Positions 11,759-25,310 of a stretch of DNA of 64,000 nucleotides are shown in pieces. Below the pieces are notes generated by a model. That model saw nothing but the letters and a program-made list of their open reading frames with translations, was not told the DNA's origin and did no database searches. The position numbers were made by a program, and so were the translations under genes. This DNA comes from Nageia nagi. Its lineage: Eukaryota > Plantae > Pinophyta. Numbering within the stretch: the stretch's first letter is position 1; each line of letters starts with the position of its first letter. The stretch is from the NCBI GenBank assembly GCA_050084985.1, contig JBITNC010000002.1, positions 12,896,001 to 12,960,000 on the forward strand, given 5' to 3'.

Positions 11759-11820
<62 letters not shown>
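11759..11820. repeat. (TA)n microsatellite
   Basis: Perfect TA run. Confidence 0.97.
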
Positions 11821-11825
<5 letters not shown>

Positions 11826-11889
11826 CATCTACTGGTATTTCACAACATCACTAGTTTAAACATTACGAAACATATTCTAACTTCATCAC

Positions 11890-12370
11890 AATTGGGAATA
11901 AATACGAATGCATTAAATACCATTAAGAGGAGGGGGTAGTGGTAGGGTGCATGCTTGTTGGCATCGAAATGGCAAGTTCATTAATAGCTCCAACATTCTC
12001 CATATTCTCATTATGCTTCCATGCATTGGCAAGGATCTATGATCAATGCGTAGTCTCCAATGTTTCTCGGATGTCATGCCAACTTGGGCCACCTATGTGT
12101 GATCAATAGTAAAAGACTATACCACCCATCCATTTGTAGTTTCCTTCTCTTCATTAATTGGAGGAGCTCATATGATCACCCTAGCCATGCTAACAAGGAG
12201 AGTTGGGATGAGAGTCCCACCCTCGAGTACTCCACTCAACAGTAGGAGGAGGATTCGATGGATCTTGAGGCAAAGGGTGAGGTGTACCCCACCCAACACT
12301 GGGAGGAGGATTCCATGGATCTTAAGGCAGATGTGGGGGGAGGATGATGACACTGCCTAAGCACCGATGA
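11890..12370 (-). other. Decayed proline-rich coding fragment with an internal 57-bp duplication, probably transposon-derived
   Basis: GC-richer island; GTAC(T/C)CCAC(T/C)CAACA...GGAGGAGGATTC.ATGGATCTT.AGGCA repeated with a 57-bp period (~12227-12340); reads PPHLP*DPWNPPPSVGWG. Confidence 0.35.
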
Positions 12371-13869
12371 ACTAGGAAGGAGGGGAGAACAAGAAAACTT
12401 ATTAAACATATATAATGAAAATGAAATGAAATGTAAATATTTTTAATGGAGTAGGAGGATAAAGTTTAAATTATAGAGGTTTCGATAATCAAGTTTTCAA
12501 TGAATTTAACATAAAAACTACCTCTATATGCATGACTTTCAAAACTAAAAGTTAAATTTTAATCTCAATAAGTATGTGACTTCTTAAAAAATAACTAAAA
12601 ATAAATCTATTTTTGAAATTGAATCTTTATTTTTGTAAATTTTGAAATTGATTTTATGAATTTTAAGAATCTTATATATTTTATAATTTGATGATTTAAA
12701 ATATTAAATTTAATTAAAAAAACATTATTTAATAGAATGAATACCATCAATTGTAGTGAGATTCTATAGTATTAATATTGAAATCAAAGGAAAATTAGAA
12801 AATGAGGAAAAGACTAGAAGGTTCAATTTGAGAACTTAAAAATTAGTAAACTATGTTTGTTGAAAAGTTGTAAATATTTATTATGAATAGTAGAGTTAAA
12901 TCTACCTTTTACAATCTCATTTTAAATGATTGCAATTTGATATTTTTAAGTTCAATTGTGTTTATAAACTTGTAATTACTACCACTACAAGATATATGAT
13001 ATTATATTTTGAGGTGGGTATCTATAATGTTCAACTTAATTATATTTTAATAATTATTTTTTAGCAATTGTTGTTAAAACTTCAAAATCATGATTTGTGA
13101 TGATAATTTGATTTAAAATGAAATGAATAAAAGTAAAAATTGTCATGTTTTCTATGGAAATGATAGTAAATATTATTTATAAAATAGAAATTAAGAATGT
13201 AAATCATGTTTTTCAAATAGTAATGTAGTTTTAATAATTATAAAATTATTACATATTTATGTAAATCATCATGTTAGAAGCATTTTTTTAAATAGTAGTA
13301 GTCAAGTAAAAGAAAATAAAATAAAATACAATGCTAAGAAAAAATTTCATAATAATAAATAAAATAAATGATCACATATTCAAATGCCTCAAAATAACTA
13401 GACTTAGCATACCCACATACATGTGAGAGGAGAGAGTTTTAAACCTAAGGCCTCTCTTTTTCCACTTGAAAGTTTTGAACTTCCCCTTCTCTCCAACTCC
13501 CCTAACATGATTGGATTCCAAAATAAACTTCTATTTCAAAACTGTAATTATAAATTTTGTACTTTTTTATATAATCTTCAATGCATTTTTTCTTTGAATA
13601 TAGTAATAAAATCGTTGTCCCTTTACAATAATTTATGTATTAGGCAATTGGTAATTGAGATCGTACATAGTCATCATTTAATTAGAAAATTTCGAAGTAC
13701 CTTTTCAAGCTATCAAAATAACTATTGGTGTTCTTAGTGTCATATTTTATTATGCTTGATCTATTTTTTTTTTTTACCACCAAATCTCCTTATCCCAAGA
13801 TGAGGTCAATCATATTAAAATAATTCCAATCTTCAAATTCTTGTTAGTAACATAGTCTTGCATTTAGTA

Positions 13870-16800
13870 TTTTCATGAAATGTTTTAGAATGTTTTAGAA
13901 TGTTTTTCTTTTCTTGCATAAATTCACCAAAGTATCTACATGGATATCAACATAAGAAAATCATGAAATGATAAATTTTTAAATAGCAAAGAGGGCAAAC
14001 AATCCATGAATACACAAAAATAATTTAGAAAATAAGTAACCTTGCATGGGATTTGTCTTAAAGATCCTCAAGTGTTGATGAAGTATATTGGAGGGCCACA
14101 TAGTCATTCACAAAATATTGTAATATTATTTAACTCTATCAATATTGACCAAAAGAGTTATAAAGCTTAATATTTGGAAGAAGATTAAAGATAAAGGTAG
14201 CAATATGTGAACTCCAAGAAAGATCAAAACCATAAGGGGAATGAAGAAGGGCATAAATTTAAATACAAAGCTAAGAGAAAATAATGAGAAATGAAGACCA
14301 TCAATACCATAAAGAGAGAATGTAATAATAAATATTATTCTCATTACAACAAGGATGGACATATAGATGACAAATATTTGAAGCTTCAACCTAAATTGTA
14401 CCTCTATAAGAAGAACAAGAATCAAGAAAGCAAGAATATAATTGTCACTAAATGTGAGGATGTTGACAATAGTTCTTATGTAGATGATAAAACTAGTTAG
14501 GTAGTAATATAAATAGATTAAGATGATAAGTAATTGTGGATAAGTAGGTACATCTATTCCATATCAAGATCCAAGAAATCAAAGACAAGAATTAAGTCCA
14601 TTATTGATCCTAATTCTCTAGATAACTTGATTACTACATATTTGAAGAACAAATTAGGAAAAAACACATACAATAAAACTTGTACATAATCTTTGGGTTG
14701 GGTGTATAATGATGTTAGGTTGAAGTTCATTGCATAATGTAAATATAAATTTATTTGTTAGATTTATTTATGAATTTCTAGTTGATTTGTTACCTTTAGA
14801 TATATGTGGTATTTTTAAAAAAAATATATTTATTTGATAATGATATTATTTATTTTGAGAGAAAGATCAATATAAGTTGATAAAAGATGGAAAAGCATAT
14901 AATATTTGTACCCATAAAAGAAAATGTAGATACCTTTGGTAATAATTAGCTAGGTGAAAGGATTGGTTAATGCAAGTAAGATGTTTACACTAGTCATAGC
15001 CTAGAATTCTATGAATAATACTATCAATATAAGACTCCTTGCAATCTATTCCTATGTATTATCTAGATAGTCCACAACCTATTTTCAAAATCATCAGGGA
15101 TAGAAACTTGCATAAGAGTTTCAAAAAGTATTTTATGAAAAACTAAGACTACCACCTAAGTAGGATATTAAACATGAGATTTAGTTATTTCCTAATGCAC
15201 CTCTTCCAAGTATATAATTATATAAGAAATTAGCTTTTGTGAGTTGGAAGATTAAAAATCAGATTCAAGAATTGGTGAATAAGGATGTGATCAAACCTAA
15301 CACATATCCATGTGGATTACATGTTGATTTCATGCCTAAGAAGAATGGTTCTTAGAGAATGTGTTTTGATTATAAGGTATTAAACAAAATCAATATCAAG
15401 AATTGCTATACATTACGTTAAATAGATTATATTATGGATCAATCATAAGGGGCAAGATACTTTCCCAAGATGGACTTGAGGAATGGATATAATCAAGTTA
15501 GAATCAAGAAGGATTAAATTTGGAAAATAGCTTTCAATAAAAAAATAGGGTCTATATGGATACCTTTTATTATTGTTTACACTATGATAATCACATGTAT
15601 AATCATAATTTAAAGAATCTTTTGATATATCTTCAATACATTCTTTGAACTTCATAAAAATAAATGTTATAGTTCAAAATGATTAAATGTGGGTTTATTA
15701 AGTAGTCTTTGGTATATTTTGGACATATTCTTGGTGTAGGATAGATTAAAATAGACACTAAAAATATTAAAGAAATTGTATATTAGTCAAGGTTGAGAAA
15801 TGGAACTAAAACAAGGAGCTTATTAGGGACTATTCAATGTATTAGGAATTTTGTTTGCTAAATTATTTTTATATTAATTCACCTTTGCATATTATTTTAG
15901 GAAAGAGTCAAAGTTGTCAATGGGAAAAGAAGAAATATGCATATTTTTATTTACTAAAGTAAAAGATTAATAGTGCACATATTTTGGCACTCTATAATTT
16001 GTAATAGCCTTTTTGAGATTGAGAATAATGCTAATTAGTATCCCATGGGACCAATTTTGATGCAAGGAAGGAGACCTATTTATTTCCATTCCAAAAAGTT
16101 TAGTGTGATAATTTTCAACCATCCTACACATGAAAGGGAGTTGTTTGTACTAGCCCAAGTAGTGAAGAAATAGAATTAATATCTCATTGGAAAGGATATA
16201 ATAATTTATACTAATCATTAGTTTTTGTAATACTTGCAAACTCAATTAAAGTTTCAACAAATAAAGTACTATATGTGGATTAGTTTTCTAAATAATTCCT
16301 TCTAAATCTAAAATAGGTAAAAGGTAGGATAGATAAAATAGCTAACATGCTTTTTAGATATCCTATTATAGGAAGAAAGACCATCAACAATCCACATTCT
16401 ACAAATTTTGGGCTATCAGTGGTCCTCTAGTAGAAGATATTTACAATTATGAAAATAAAATAAATTATTCAAGATACTTTATAAGAAGTATATGTCTAGG
16501 ATGCTTGCTCTAGAGAATTTTATCAAAGATTAAAATAGTCATCTACACTCGATTTTGAAGGTATGGATTAATATCACTTACAATATAGACTTATTTGAAA
16601 GTTGAATATTATGTGTGTTCCTAAGAGTGAAAGAATTTAGTTAATTAGAGAGGCACATACATAGAAAATTATTTTTCATTTAAGATTTGGAAAGAAAAGT
16701 GTAAATTTGCAAAGGTATATTTGTTGGCATAAAATAAAATAATAAATTGCTAAGTATATTTAAGAATGTGTAATGTGTTTCATAGGAAAACCCAATAAAA

Positions 16801-17610
16801 GCAAATTAAATTTCTACTAGCCACTTCTAATTCCAAATTTCTATTGTGAGAGTATATCTATGGATTTTTTAGGTGGATTACATATGCATTTGAGGAAATA
16901 TGTATATTTACTTATTATGGTGGACAAATGTTTTAAGATGTGTATTTTTATTATATGTAAGATGACCATTCCATTACAAGCTACAAATATTTTCTTTTAT
17001 CATGTTAGTATTCATGTTTTCCTACCTAATTCAATTTTTTTAGATAAATATTCAATGTTCTTACTCTTATTTTATATTTTTTTTATGGGATAATATGGAC
17101 ATAAGGTTGAAAAGAAGTGTTACTTTTCATCCTTGAATGGATGGTCAAACTAAGGTAGTGAATAGAATAGTAAATTATCTCTTGAAAGGTTATTATGGTA
17201 AAATTGTAAAGACTTGGGATGAACATCTAATTAATATCCAATATTCTTACAATAGGTTAATTCACACTTATATAAGTACTAATTTGTTTGAAACTTATTT
17301 TGGTTATATTCTACCATCATCTTTTGATTGTATTTTAGGATACAAAATAATAAAGAATATTCATTTCTAAAATAAGAAGAATAGGTTTATAAATTTATAT
17401 ATAAAATTATGAAATTCATTTTAATATACAAAAACAACTCAGATAAGTCAATCCAATCATAAATTTGGATATGAAAAGCATAAATTTGACCATAAATTTC
17501 AAGAAGAAGATAGTTTGTCACATTTTAATAGGGATATATTATAAGGAATAACTAAGAAATTGTGCCTATAAGATATGGACCATTTTTATTATGGACCAAG
17601 TAAGTCAAAA
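13870..17610 (+). mobile_element. Degenerate Ty3/gypsy internal region: gag (zinc knuckle), protease, RT, RNase H, integrase
   Basis: Decayed motifs in gypsy order: YSHYNKDGHIDDKY (CCHC), IIDP protease, DYKVLNKINIKN RT (~15370), FPKMDLRNGYNQ, ENNAN (ETDAS) RNase H (~16020), integrase SISMDFLGGL (16860 ORF) and DGQTKVVNR (17137 ORF). Many stops and frameshifts. Confidence 0.9.
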
Positions 17611-17699
17611 TAAATAATGTAAGGTATTTAAACATTGTCCATCTAGAAGAATCATGCAATTTTAAAATCTAATTCATTTGAATTCAACATTGTTGTCTA

Positions 17700-18850
17700 G
17701 CTTTAAGTTTTGAATTTTGAATCCATGTAACATCATATTATCCTACCCATAGCTTGGGATTTTGGATGAAAGGTCCAATAGATGGTTTCTACATTTGTTC
17801 TTTGTTCTTCTAATATCCTTTGAATATCAATTATGTCTTACGATATCTCTCAGTACCATCCTTCATATTTTCACCATTATATTTTGTTACTTCTTTAGTT
17901 TTTTTTAACTAAATTTTCTCACATTCAAGTTTATCTTCACCTTTCTCATCTTGTATATTTTTAACTATAGCATTTTCTTTATCTACTTTCTTTCTATTCC
18001 CTATTTTTCATCTTCCTTATTTTTCTCATTTTATTTCTCCTCTTTCTTATGAGTATCATATTCCTTAGATGTCTACTCTTCTAGGATATGAGTCCTATTC
18101 CTTTTTATGTTATTATGAATCTTATGTCCCATTTGTTGATAACAATAGCACTTGATGGAATAACTCGCATATTCAATATTTTGTACATAGGATCCCCATC
18201 TTGAAGAAAGGAAGATAATTTTTTTCCATGGAGTAGATAAGTTCATCCATACAACTGATCTCGCTTTTCTCAAATCAAAATGAGTTTTTACATTTTCATC
18301 AATATAATCATCTAAGCTATGAAATAATCAAATAAATCTACCTATATTTATTAAGTCTTTTTCACTCTAGAATTCCATTGATAATCCATACTAATTGATC
18401 TAAATTGAATTTCCAGTTACCTTCTTAGTAAGGGGGTTAAATATTTTAGACCATTCTTGCATATATCTCCCCCATTTCCCAAAGAACTAGTTAAATTTAT
18501 GCTTCATAGCCCATTTAAAATAATCAATATTTTCAAAAATGTATACAAAAAAATGGAAGGGAGTATCCTCAAATAAATCTCACCCTCACACTAAAACTTA
18601 TTTATTACATATTGAAATAGGTATTTTCTATCTAAATGTTGATCCATGATCTTGTATATAATAACTCTCATTCACAACTCTTTGAGATTCATTATTATTA
18701 CATCATCCTCAAGATTAACAAAATTTGATGTTCCTCTGTACTAACCTTCTCTGATTCCTCATTACTATTTATTTACCTTTCCTATTCTCACTTCATTCTT
18801 CTCCATTCTTTTATTTACCATATAATTTGACTCCTACACATGATTCCAAT
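17700..18850 (-). mobile_element. L1 LINE ORF1 fragment (DUF4283-like region plus zinc knuckle)
   Basis: ORF 18073-18273 reads SSRWGSYVQNIEYASYSIKCYCYQQMGH; upstream QEWSKIFNP; typical of plant L1 ORF1. Confidence 0.7.
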
Positions 18851-19059
18851 AGATCTTGATTTTATTTGAGCCATCAATTCTAACCAAAGAAGAAGAGGAA
18901 ATGGATCAAGTTTTGTCATCAATTGATGACCTATTGCCTAGGATCATTAATGCACTTAAAGAGGATTCAATTTTTTTTAAAAAGGTTAGTAATACAATAA
19001 GGGGTGAACAATAAATTTGATCTATTTGATATAATGGATATATGCCTAAGAAATTCAAG

Positions 19060-21500
19060 TGGTATCAAAGAACCAAGGTAGGTGATATTTTCTCATATCC
19101 TTCAAAAATAATAATTTGCAACATGTTGACCAAGTCTTACATTTTTTGAAAAGGAAATAACCTAATGCAAAAAAATATAAATATTTAGTGTTACTAAAGT
19201 TGAGTGTTTATGTAATATTATGTTATTAGATAGATTGAAAGTGGATCAAAAGAAGAAAAAAGTAATTTAGAACTAGCCACTTCTAAAAATCCTAAATAGC
19301 ATAATAGTTTTTTTGGGGCATATAGTTTACTATGAAAATACTATGAGAGATTATGACAAAACTATAGGACCATCTATAAAGAAATATGTCTTTAAATTAA
19401 AATATGAAACTACTTATGCATTCAATATCTTAAATAAAGGTATGTAATAAACCATAATTTTAGCTACCCTTAAATTTCTAAAGTATTTTCTATTGAATTG
19501 GATGCTTTAGGAATTTGGTATAATTAGTGTATTAGCTTATTAAATAAGTAGCTTTCAACAAAAAAATTGGGTATATCCATATATGAGAATGAAATTCTAC
19601 AAATTTTAAATGAAATTAGTAAATAGATCTAATATTTTATGGGCATAAAATTAAAACATATCATAGAATATTTCAATATATTTTGTAATAACATATTTCA
19701 TCTTTAGTGCAACACAAATGGATAACCAAGATGTTCGACTATGATTTAGAGAGAATATAAAAAATTGGGAAAACATTGTGGCTAATGGTCTCTCTAGAAA
19801 ACATGAATATTTAAGAATGGTATATTGCATATCATATCACATACTAGTGTGGATAAAAAAATTAATAATGGAAAATGATCTAGATATATCTCATATTATT
19901 CAAAGCTTATCGTTAGATCAATATAGAAAATGAATATTAATGTAGTGAGGGAATTATAAGAATTAAGGTTATTATTTTTGATAAAATCATTTAATGTAAA
20001 AAAAAAAATTATGTTATAAAATTTATGTGTAACTTTTAGTGTGTTGTTCAAGATTTCTCAAAACATACTAAAGAGTGAAGCAATTGTTTTTCTATAAATG
20101 TAATGAAAAATGACATAAAAAGGATTGTAAAAGAATGTGAGGTATTTCAAATGAATAGAGGAGAAATTATACAAAATTCCAAGACTAGTATAACAAATTT
20201 CTATTCAAAAAATAATAATAGGGAAACATATGCTTGGACATCATTAAAGTTGTACATATATCTAAAGTGAAAATAATGACTTTTATAGTATTTGATAAAC
20301 TTTCCAAATATGCATATTTTTTGCACAACAACATTTAATCATAGCTAGTAAAGTAGGAAAGGTATGTTTCGATCAAATTTTCAACATGCATATTATGCCT
20401 AAATCTATTATATATGATAAACATCCAATTTTCATCAACACATTTTGAAATGAACTTTTTGCTTTAAGTGTCACAAAACCTAAAATTAGCTTAAATCATA
20501 CCAACTACAAATAGATGGGTTGAACTAAAGTAGTCAATAAATGCTTGGGTACTTAGTTGAGATGGTTTTTCATAACATAAGTAATAACATTTCTTGTTCA
20601 AGAGTTGGAGGACAAGTTTGTGTTAAGGTAGTCACATTGAAATTTTTATATTCAACTCCCACAGTGTACATTTGTGATATTGAAAAACCAGTGATAGATC
20701 TTAAAAAATAATAGGTTTCAAAGTCATATGTTAAAATTTACATTGCATTTATGTTTTTATAGCACCTACCTAACAAGATGCCTCCATTTGTAGTTTTGTA
20801 TGGTCAAAATCCTCATACAATTGTAAATTATTTATCGACTATTAAAGACACTCAAAGATAGTTTGAGTTGAGAATAAAATATTATATAACAACTAAAACA
20901 TCAAAATAGGAGAAAATACATTTAGTTTTGCATTTTTATATATAGTTTAAATATTTTCATTTACAATACTAGACATTGATTATTGAATTGAATAAGAAGG
21001 ACAAGTAACATTGTAGCCAAAAATTATGTTTTAGAAAACAGAGATGCACTTAAGAGAACCACATATGATTGAGTTTCTTATCATGAAAAGACTTACCAGA
21101 GGAGGGTGCTACATGGGAATCAGAAAATATGGTGAAGAAATTCTTGGCTTTTAAAACAAATTCTTGTGAAGGAGGAGAGCATGTAATTATCCCAATATAA
21201 CCATAGTATTTATATCGTGATTATTGGTTTGAGCTTTTATATTGTCAAGATTATCTTGAAAATAAGAACTAGCAGTAATATTAGTATATATAGGTGTAGT
21301 TGTAATCATTAGCTCATCATTAAATATCACTTTTATTAATTCTACCTATCCTCATGCATATATGAAGATTTACCCTAATTATTAATGCTTATTATTTCTA
21401 TTTTAAACCACATTAAAAATTATTATTTAAATGTTAATCATAAATTACAACTATTATAATTAGTAAATATTATTTTTATGATTATAAATTATGAATGTGA
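19060..21500 (+). mobile_element. Degenerate chromovirus-type Ty3/gypsy 3' half: RT end, RNase H, integrase, chromodomain, PPT, 3' LTR from ~21182
   Basis: IELDALG, SIYENE, KWITKMFDYD, ENIVANGLSRK; integrase remnants 20050-20560; chromodomain-like IEFLI..DLPEEGATWE (~21070-21120); PPT GAAGGAGGAGAGCA followed by TGTAAT. Confidence 0.8.
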
Positions 21501-22769
21501 ATGGTGATGAATTACTTTTATTACTAAGTTATTTCATTTCTTTGGCCAAAATATTTTAAATATATTCTTGTGAGGATTCATCAAGCTACAATGACGTCTT
21601 GCTATGAATACATTCAATTACGGATACAATTTCTACAAAACCTCGCTAGTGCCCCTCACATAATGCTTCAAATAAATGTTAGTATTTTAAAGGCATATTG
21701 TAAACTTGAAAGTTAAAAACAAGGCTTTTCAAAAAATACAAATCTATTGCTATCAACATAAAAGTTTATAGTCGCTCACAGTCACCAGCCAACACATCAC
21801 TTTTACGGGTTAGTTGACAACTTCCGTCCTTTAATGGGTCAAAATCACATAGTTGCAGGCTTGCTGCTGGGTTTTACTGTGAGTAGTGGAGAACCGCATG
21901 CTTATGGGACGGACAGTCATTACATAGCATATATGTCTAGTTCCAGCAAAATCAACACATTCCTAATAAAACAAAATTGACCAGTCAGATTTGAATCCTG
22001 ATTAATAATACTGAACTTAATTATGCAATTCTCAAACTATCCTTTCATGCCGCAAAATAAGTTGACATCTATAATGCCAAAGCATTATAATACTTGTTGC
22101 AATCATTACGTGAAAGAATGGTATGTAGCTAATAGCTTGAGCCTTCAATGGCATTCACTAAATTGTGATGGAATCATGCTTCTGTTCTGTAAAGTATTTT
22201 TTTTTTATTTGAGTATTTTTTATAAATCAATATGAAATCCACGTTAAAAATCCTAATCTGAATCAGAATTATACATTTCATATAATTTTGTTTGAGTTTT
22301 TTTTCTTCTATGATCTTTTGGATTCGTAGAAAACCACTGTCAGTCCCTCATCTCTGGATATGATATTAGATTCTTTTCAAAGCCGTAAAATTTTAATCAA
22401 TCACATATCACTTTTCATCTAAAAAAAGCTTAGATATTTAAGCCAGCAATTCTTATGAACTAATTATGGTAAGTTTACCATCTATGCCAATTGCAATTTG
22501 CCTTGGCCAAAATCATACGGCTTATCCATGGCATGCATTCCGGTAATTACGGACCCGACATCCTTTAGAATATTGACCAGAGGCTAATGAAAGAAACACC
22601 CACCTCACCTGGGTGGACACCACTTACGGGCTTTACCCAATGCCTGGATTTCTATTTAAGCTACGAAATTCAATGTTCATTCTTCCGATTTGAAGATTGT
22701 CGTCAAAGGAATCCAAATAACCACACGATGCTGTTGTACGATACGTATGTCGGCCAATAAGAACCACAA

Positions 22770-22941
22770 CTATGTAAACAAACCCTTTTACGTATTTATT
22801 TTCGGAGATACTATGAAATTAGAGGCAGATTTTATTGTCTTTTCAGAAGTGACAGCTATGTAAATAAATCTTTTTACTAATTTATTTTGGGAGATACTAT
22901 GAAATTAGAGACAGATTTTATTGTCTATTCAGAGGTGATTG
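22770..22941. repeat. Two-copy ~87-bp tandem duplication
   Basis: CTATGTAAA.AAA...GGAGATACTATGAAATTAGAG.CAGATTTTATTGTCT.TTCAGA.GTGA occurs twice. Confidence 0.9.
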
Positions 22942-24881
22942 CTATATATTAATATTTTTCAATTATAAGGATCAACGTTGTATAGGATTTTACATCAGAA
23001 AAGTAATTCATTTTAGTCAGCAGCAGAGCTTTCATACGCGAGTCTCTCATCCTCCACAATCTCAGCTTATCACAAACTATTTCATCAGTCTGATAAGATG
23101 GATACAGAAGTTGACTTGGCCTCAAAACATAAATCAATGATTTTTTAAGCAATTATTCATAAAAACATTGATTCTGAATTATCTTTATCTTTTAATAGCA
23201 TGTATTACATTCTTTGGATTTATTTTCTTTTTTTTTTTATTAAGCATTTTTGATCCACCTATTTGTAGTTTACACTGTCCTATTTTACCAATCCATTTTA
23301 ACCCACCATAAACATTAATAATATTTAATTTCATACATATGTTGGATTTCTAATAGCTATCAAATATGCAACATGTAATAACATTAAAAATTAAGGATAG
23401 CATACAATCGCACTCTAAAAAAAAATCAGAATTAAAACTTAGCTGTTAAAATAGTTCATTACAATTTTAAATTGATTAGTCTAAAATTCCACTGCAATTG
23501 ATTTATGAATTGTGCTAAAGACAAATATAACACATACTGCACCGGATTATTTGTATTGTACTATTTTACATTCTCAAATAATGTTTTGTCTAAGCTGATT
23601 AACTGGACCTTCCTTTCAGCTTATCGGATGATTATTCTGAAACGACTGCAGGCGAGTTTGGCCGTTTTTATGGCTCCCATACAATCTTTCAGTGTTATTG
23701 AGTATATAAAATTATCAATGGGAATATTATTGTATTCTTTCGAGAAATTGCATTTGTATTATGTAGTACAGTGTTATAACATTAAGTAAAAGTTATAAAT
23801 TAAAAAGTATCACCAGATATCAGAAATACTTTCATACAAAAGGAGAGGCAAGTAGAGAAGAGAGAGAATGAAATGAAATATACTTACATATAATTAAGAT
23901 ATTGTTTATTGCATTATCAACACACAAAGATCATCTGTAAACTGAGTTTACTCTATCTCATACTGTTCAAGCACAGTAAATAATTGTTGTATTTGGTAAG
24001 GCCGAAATAGTTATCCTCTATGAAAACAAATAATGAGACATCCCTGAGCGGAAAGGCCATTTTCAGTGTTGCAAGGTGGAATTCCCTTACATGAGTAGTC
24101 CGTGAACATCGATTAAGAGAACTGTAGATTTTTGTCCAAAAAAAACAAACAAAAAACATCTCTCGTATAATGAAGGCAAAACATAACTGTCCCGTGGGTT
24201 TTACCCGTTGGACGGGCGTTCTACACCCATCCTGCGGGGTCCACATAGAATTTGCAACATCCCGGCATTAGAGTTCTGCAATTAATCTACCTTTCTTCTT
24301 ATAGATAATTATGTGAGACCCACAAAAATGTAATGCATAAATTGTAGAAATTAAGGGACAGGTTAATATCATAGGCAGTAGAACTGTGCTTCCAAGAATT
24401 TCTCTCTGTTTTTGGTTGGTTGGGTTCTCCTTCATACAATGTTAGAATCAACAAATAAGTTAAAAAAAAAAGGTATTTTTTAATTGTTTTAAGGGGTACC
24501 TATATGGTAATTTAAAATTAAAATAAATGTAGAATCCATTGATAAGATAAAGCCTACAACCTTGGGTATTCTTTACCACCCTCAGCATAAACATGGCATA
24601 GACAATTTACTACTGAACCACAAACGAATTGCAGCAAAATTTGTCTTGATGTGTGCATTGACCTCTAAATCAATTGCACTTGAATTCTCAATGGATATTA
24701 ACATCTAACGAGCATCTTCCTAAAGCTCTTGTGTTACTTGTATGAAAAAACTACAACAACAAAAAAGTTCATAAATAAAAGATATGAAAACAATTATCCC
24801 AGTCCTATGATAAAATAGAACTTGGAAGGCCAATCAAGAATCTTAAGCTATATCAGTCCCTCTTACTGCCACCATTATTAC

Positions 24882-24997
24882 TATCACCAAAACCAAACGA
24901 GAAGAGAGAGAGTACCTCCTATGGCCTGAATCCCATCCGACTCTGAAAGAGTTAGCCAGGCGGTGCTCTCTCTCTTCTCCTTCGGACTCCGGTGATA
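24882..24997 (-). ncRNA. MIR529: pre-miRNA, miR529 family (copy b); predicted mature AGAAGAGAGAGAGCACCGCCU at 24978-24958, star arm 24920-24900
   Basis: miR529-like mature of the C14 type (as recalled for moss miR529). Duplex has two mismatches. Lower stem UAUCACC/GGUGAUA is a compensatory version of copy a AUCGCC/GGCGAU. TATA at 25068-25075. Confidence 0.9.
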
Positions 24998-25035
24998 CAT
25001 ATCTGAAAATAATGTAACGCACTAAGTCCTTGCAT
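24952..25035 (-). CDS. Candidate pri-miR529b-encoded peptide (27 aa, MQGLSALHYFQICITGVRRRRERAPPG)
   Basis: First ATG after the TATA, at the same position as in copy a; translated by hand; no evidence of translation. Confidence 0.25.
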   Translation of the reverse strand: MQGLSALHYFQICITGVRRRRERAPPG

Positions 25036-25059
25036 TCCCCTTGGTGTAATGCAGCAGAA

Positions 25060-25310
25060 ATCTCTCCTATATATAGCCCACTAGTCAACTGGCCCTCAGG
25101 CATTCAAACGATGAAAATTCTGGAAGATAAGTTAACGGCAGACCGTTTAACGGAACGTACGTGAAGAGTGATGATTGAAAAGGCCACGAACTGGAAGTCC
25201 AAGTGGATCCATACCAACTAAATAGTGATAATGGCCTAGTGTAGTGTCTACTCCATTTCTGCATTCTTGTCAAAGCCATCATTATGAACTCATTGAATCT
25301 AACCACACTT
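25060..25310 (-). promoter_or_regulatory. Pol II promoter of MIR529 copy b, TATA at 25076-25068
   Basis: GGGCTATATATAGGAGAG; conserved with 5400-5660; W-box-like TTGACT and a CGTACG motif at 25156-25161. Confidence 0.7.

Noticed and set aside
24963-24978. GTGCTCTCTCTCTTCT as an SPL gene miR156 target site
   Set aside because: No SBP-domain exons nearby; it is the reverse complement of the mature miRNA within a hairpin.
24843-25103. 86-aa ORF similar to the 5172-5402 ORF as a protein-coding gene pair
   Set aside because: Its ATG lies upstream of the TATA box, and the similarity (EGEERE, RRYSLSSRL) is explained by miRNA arm conservation.
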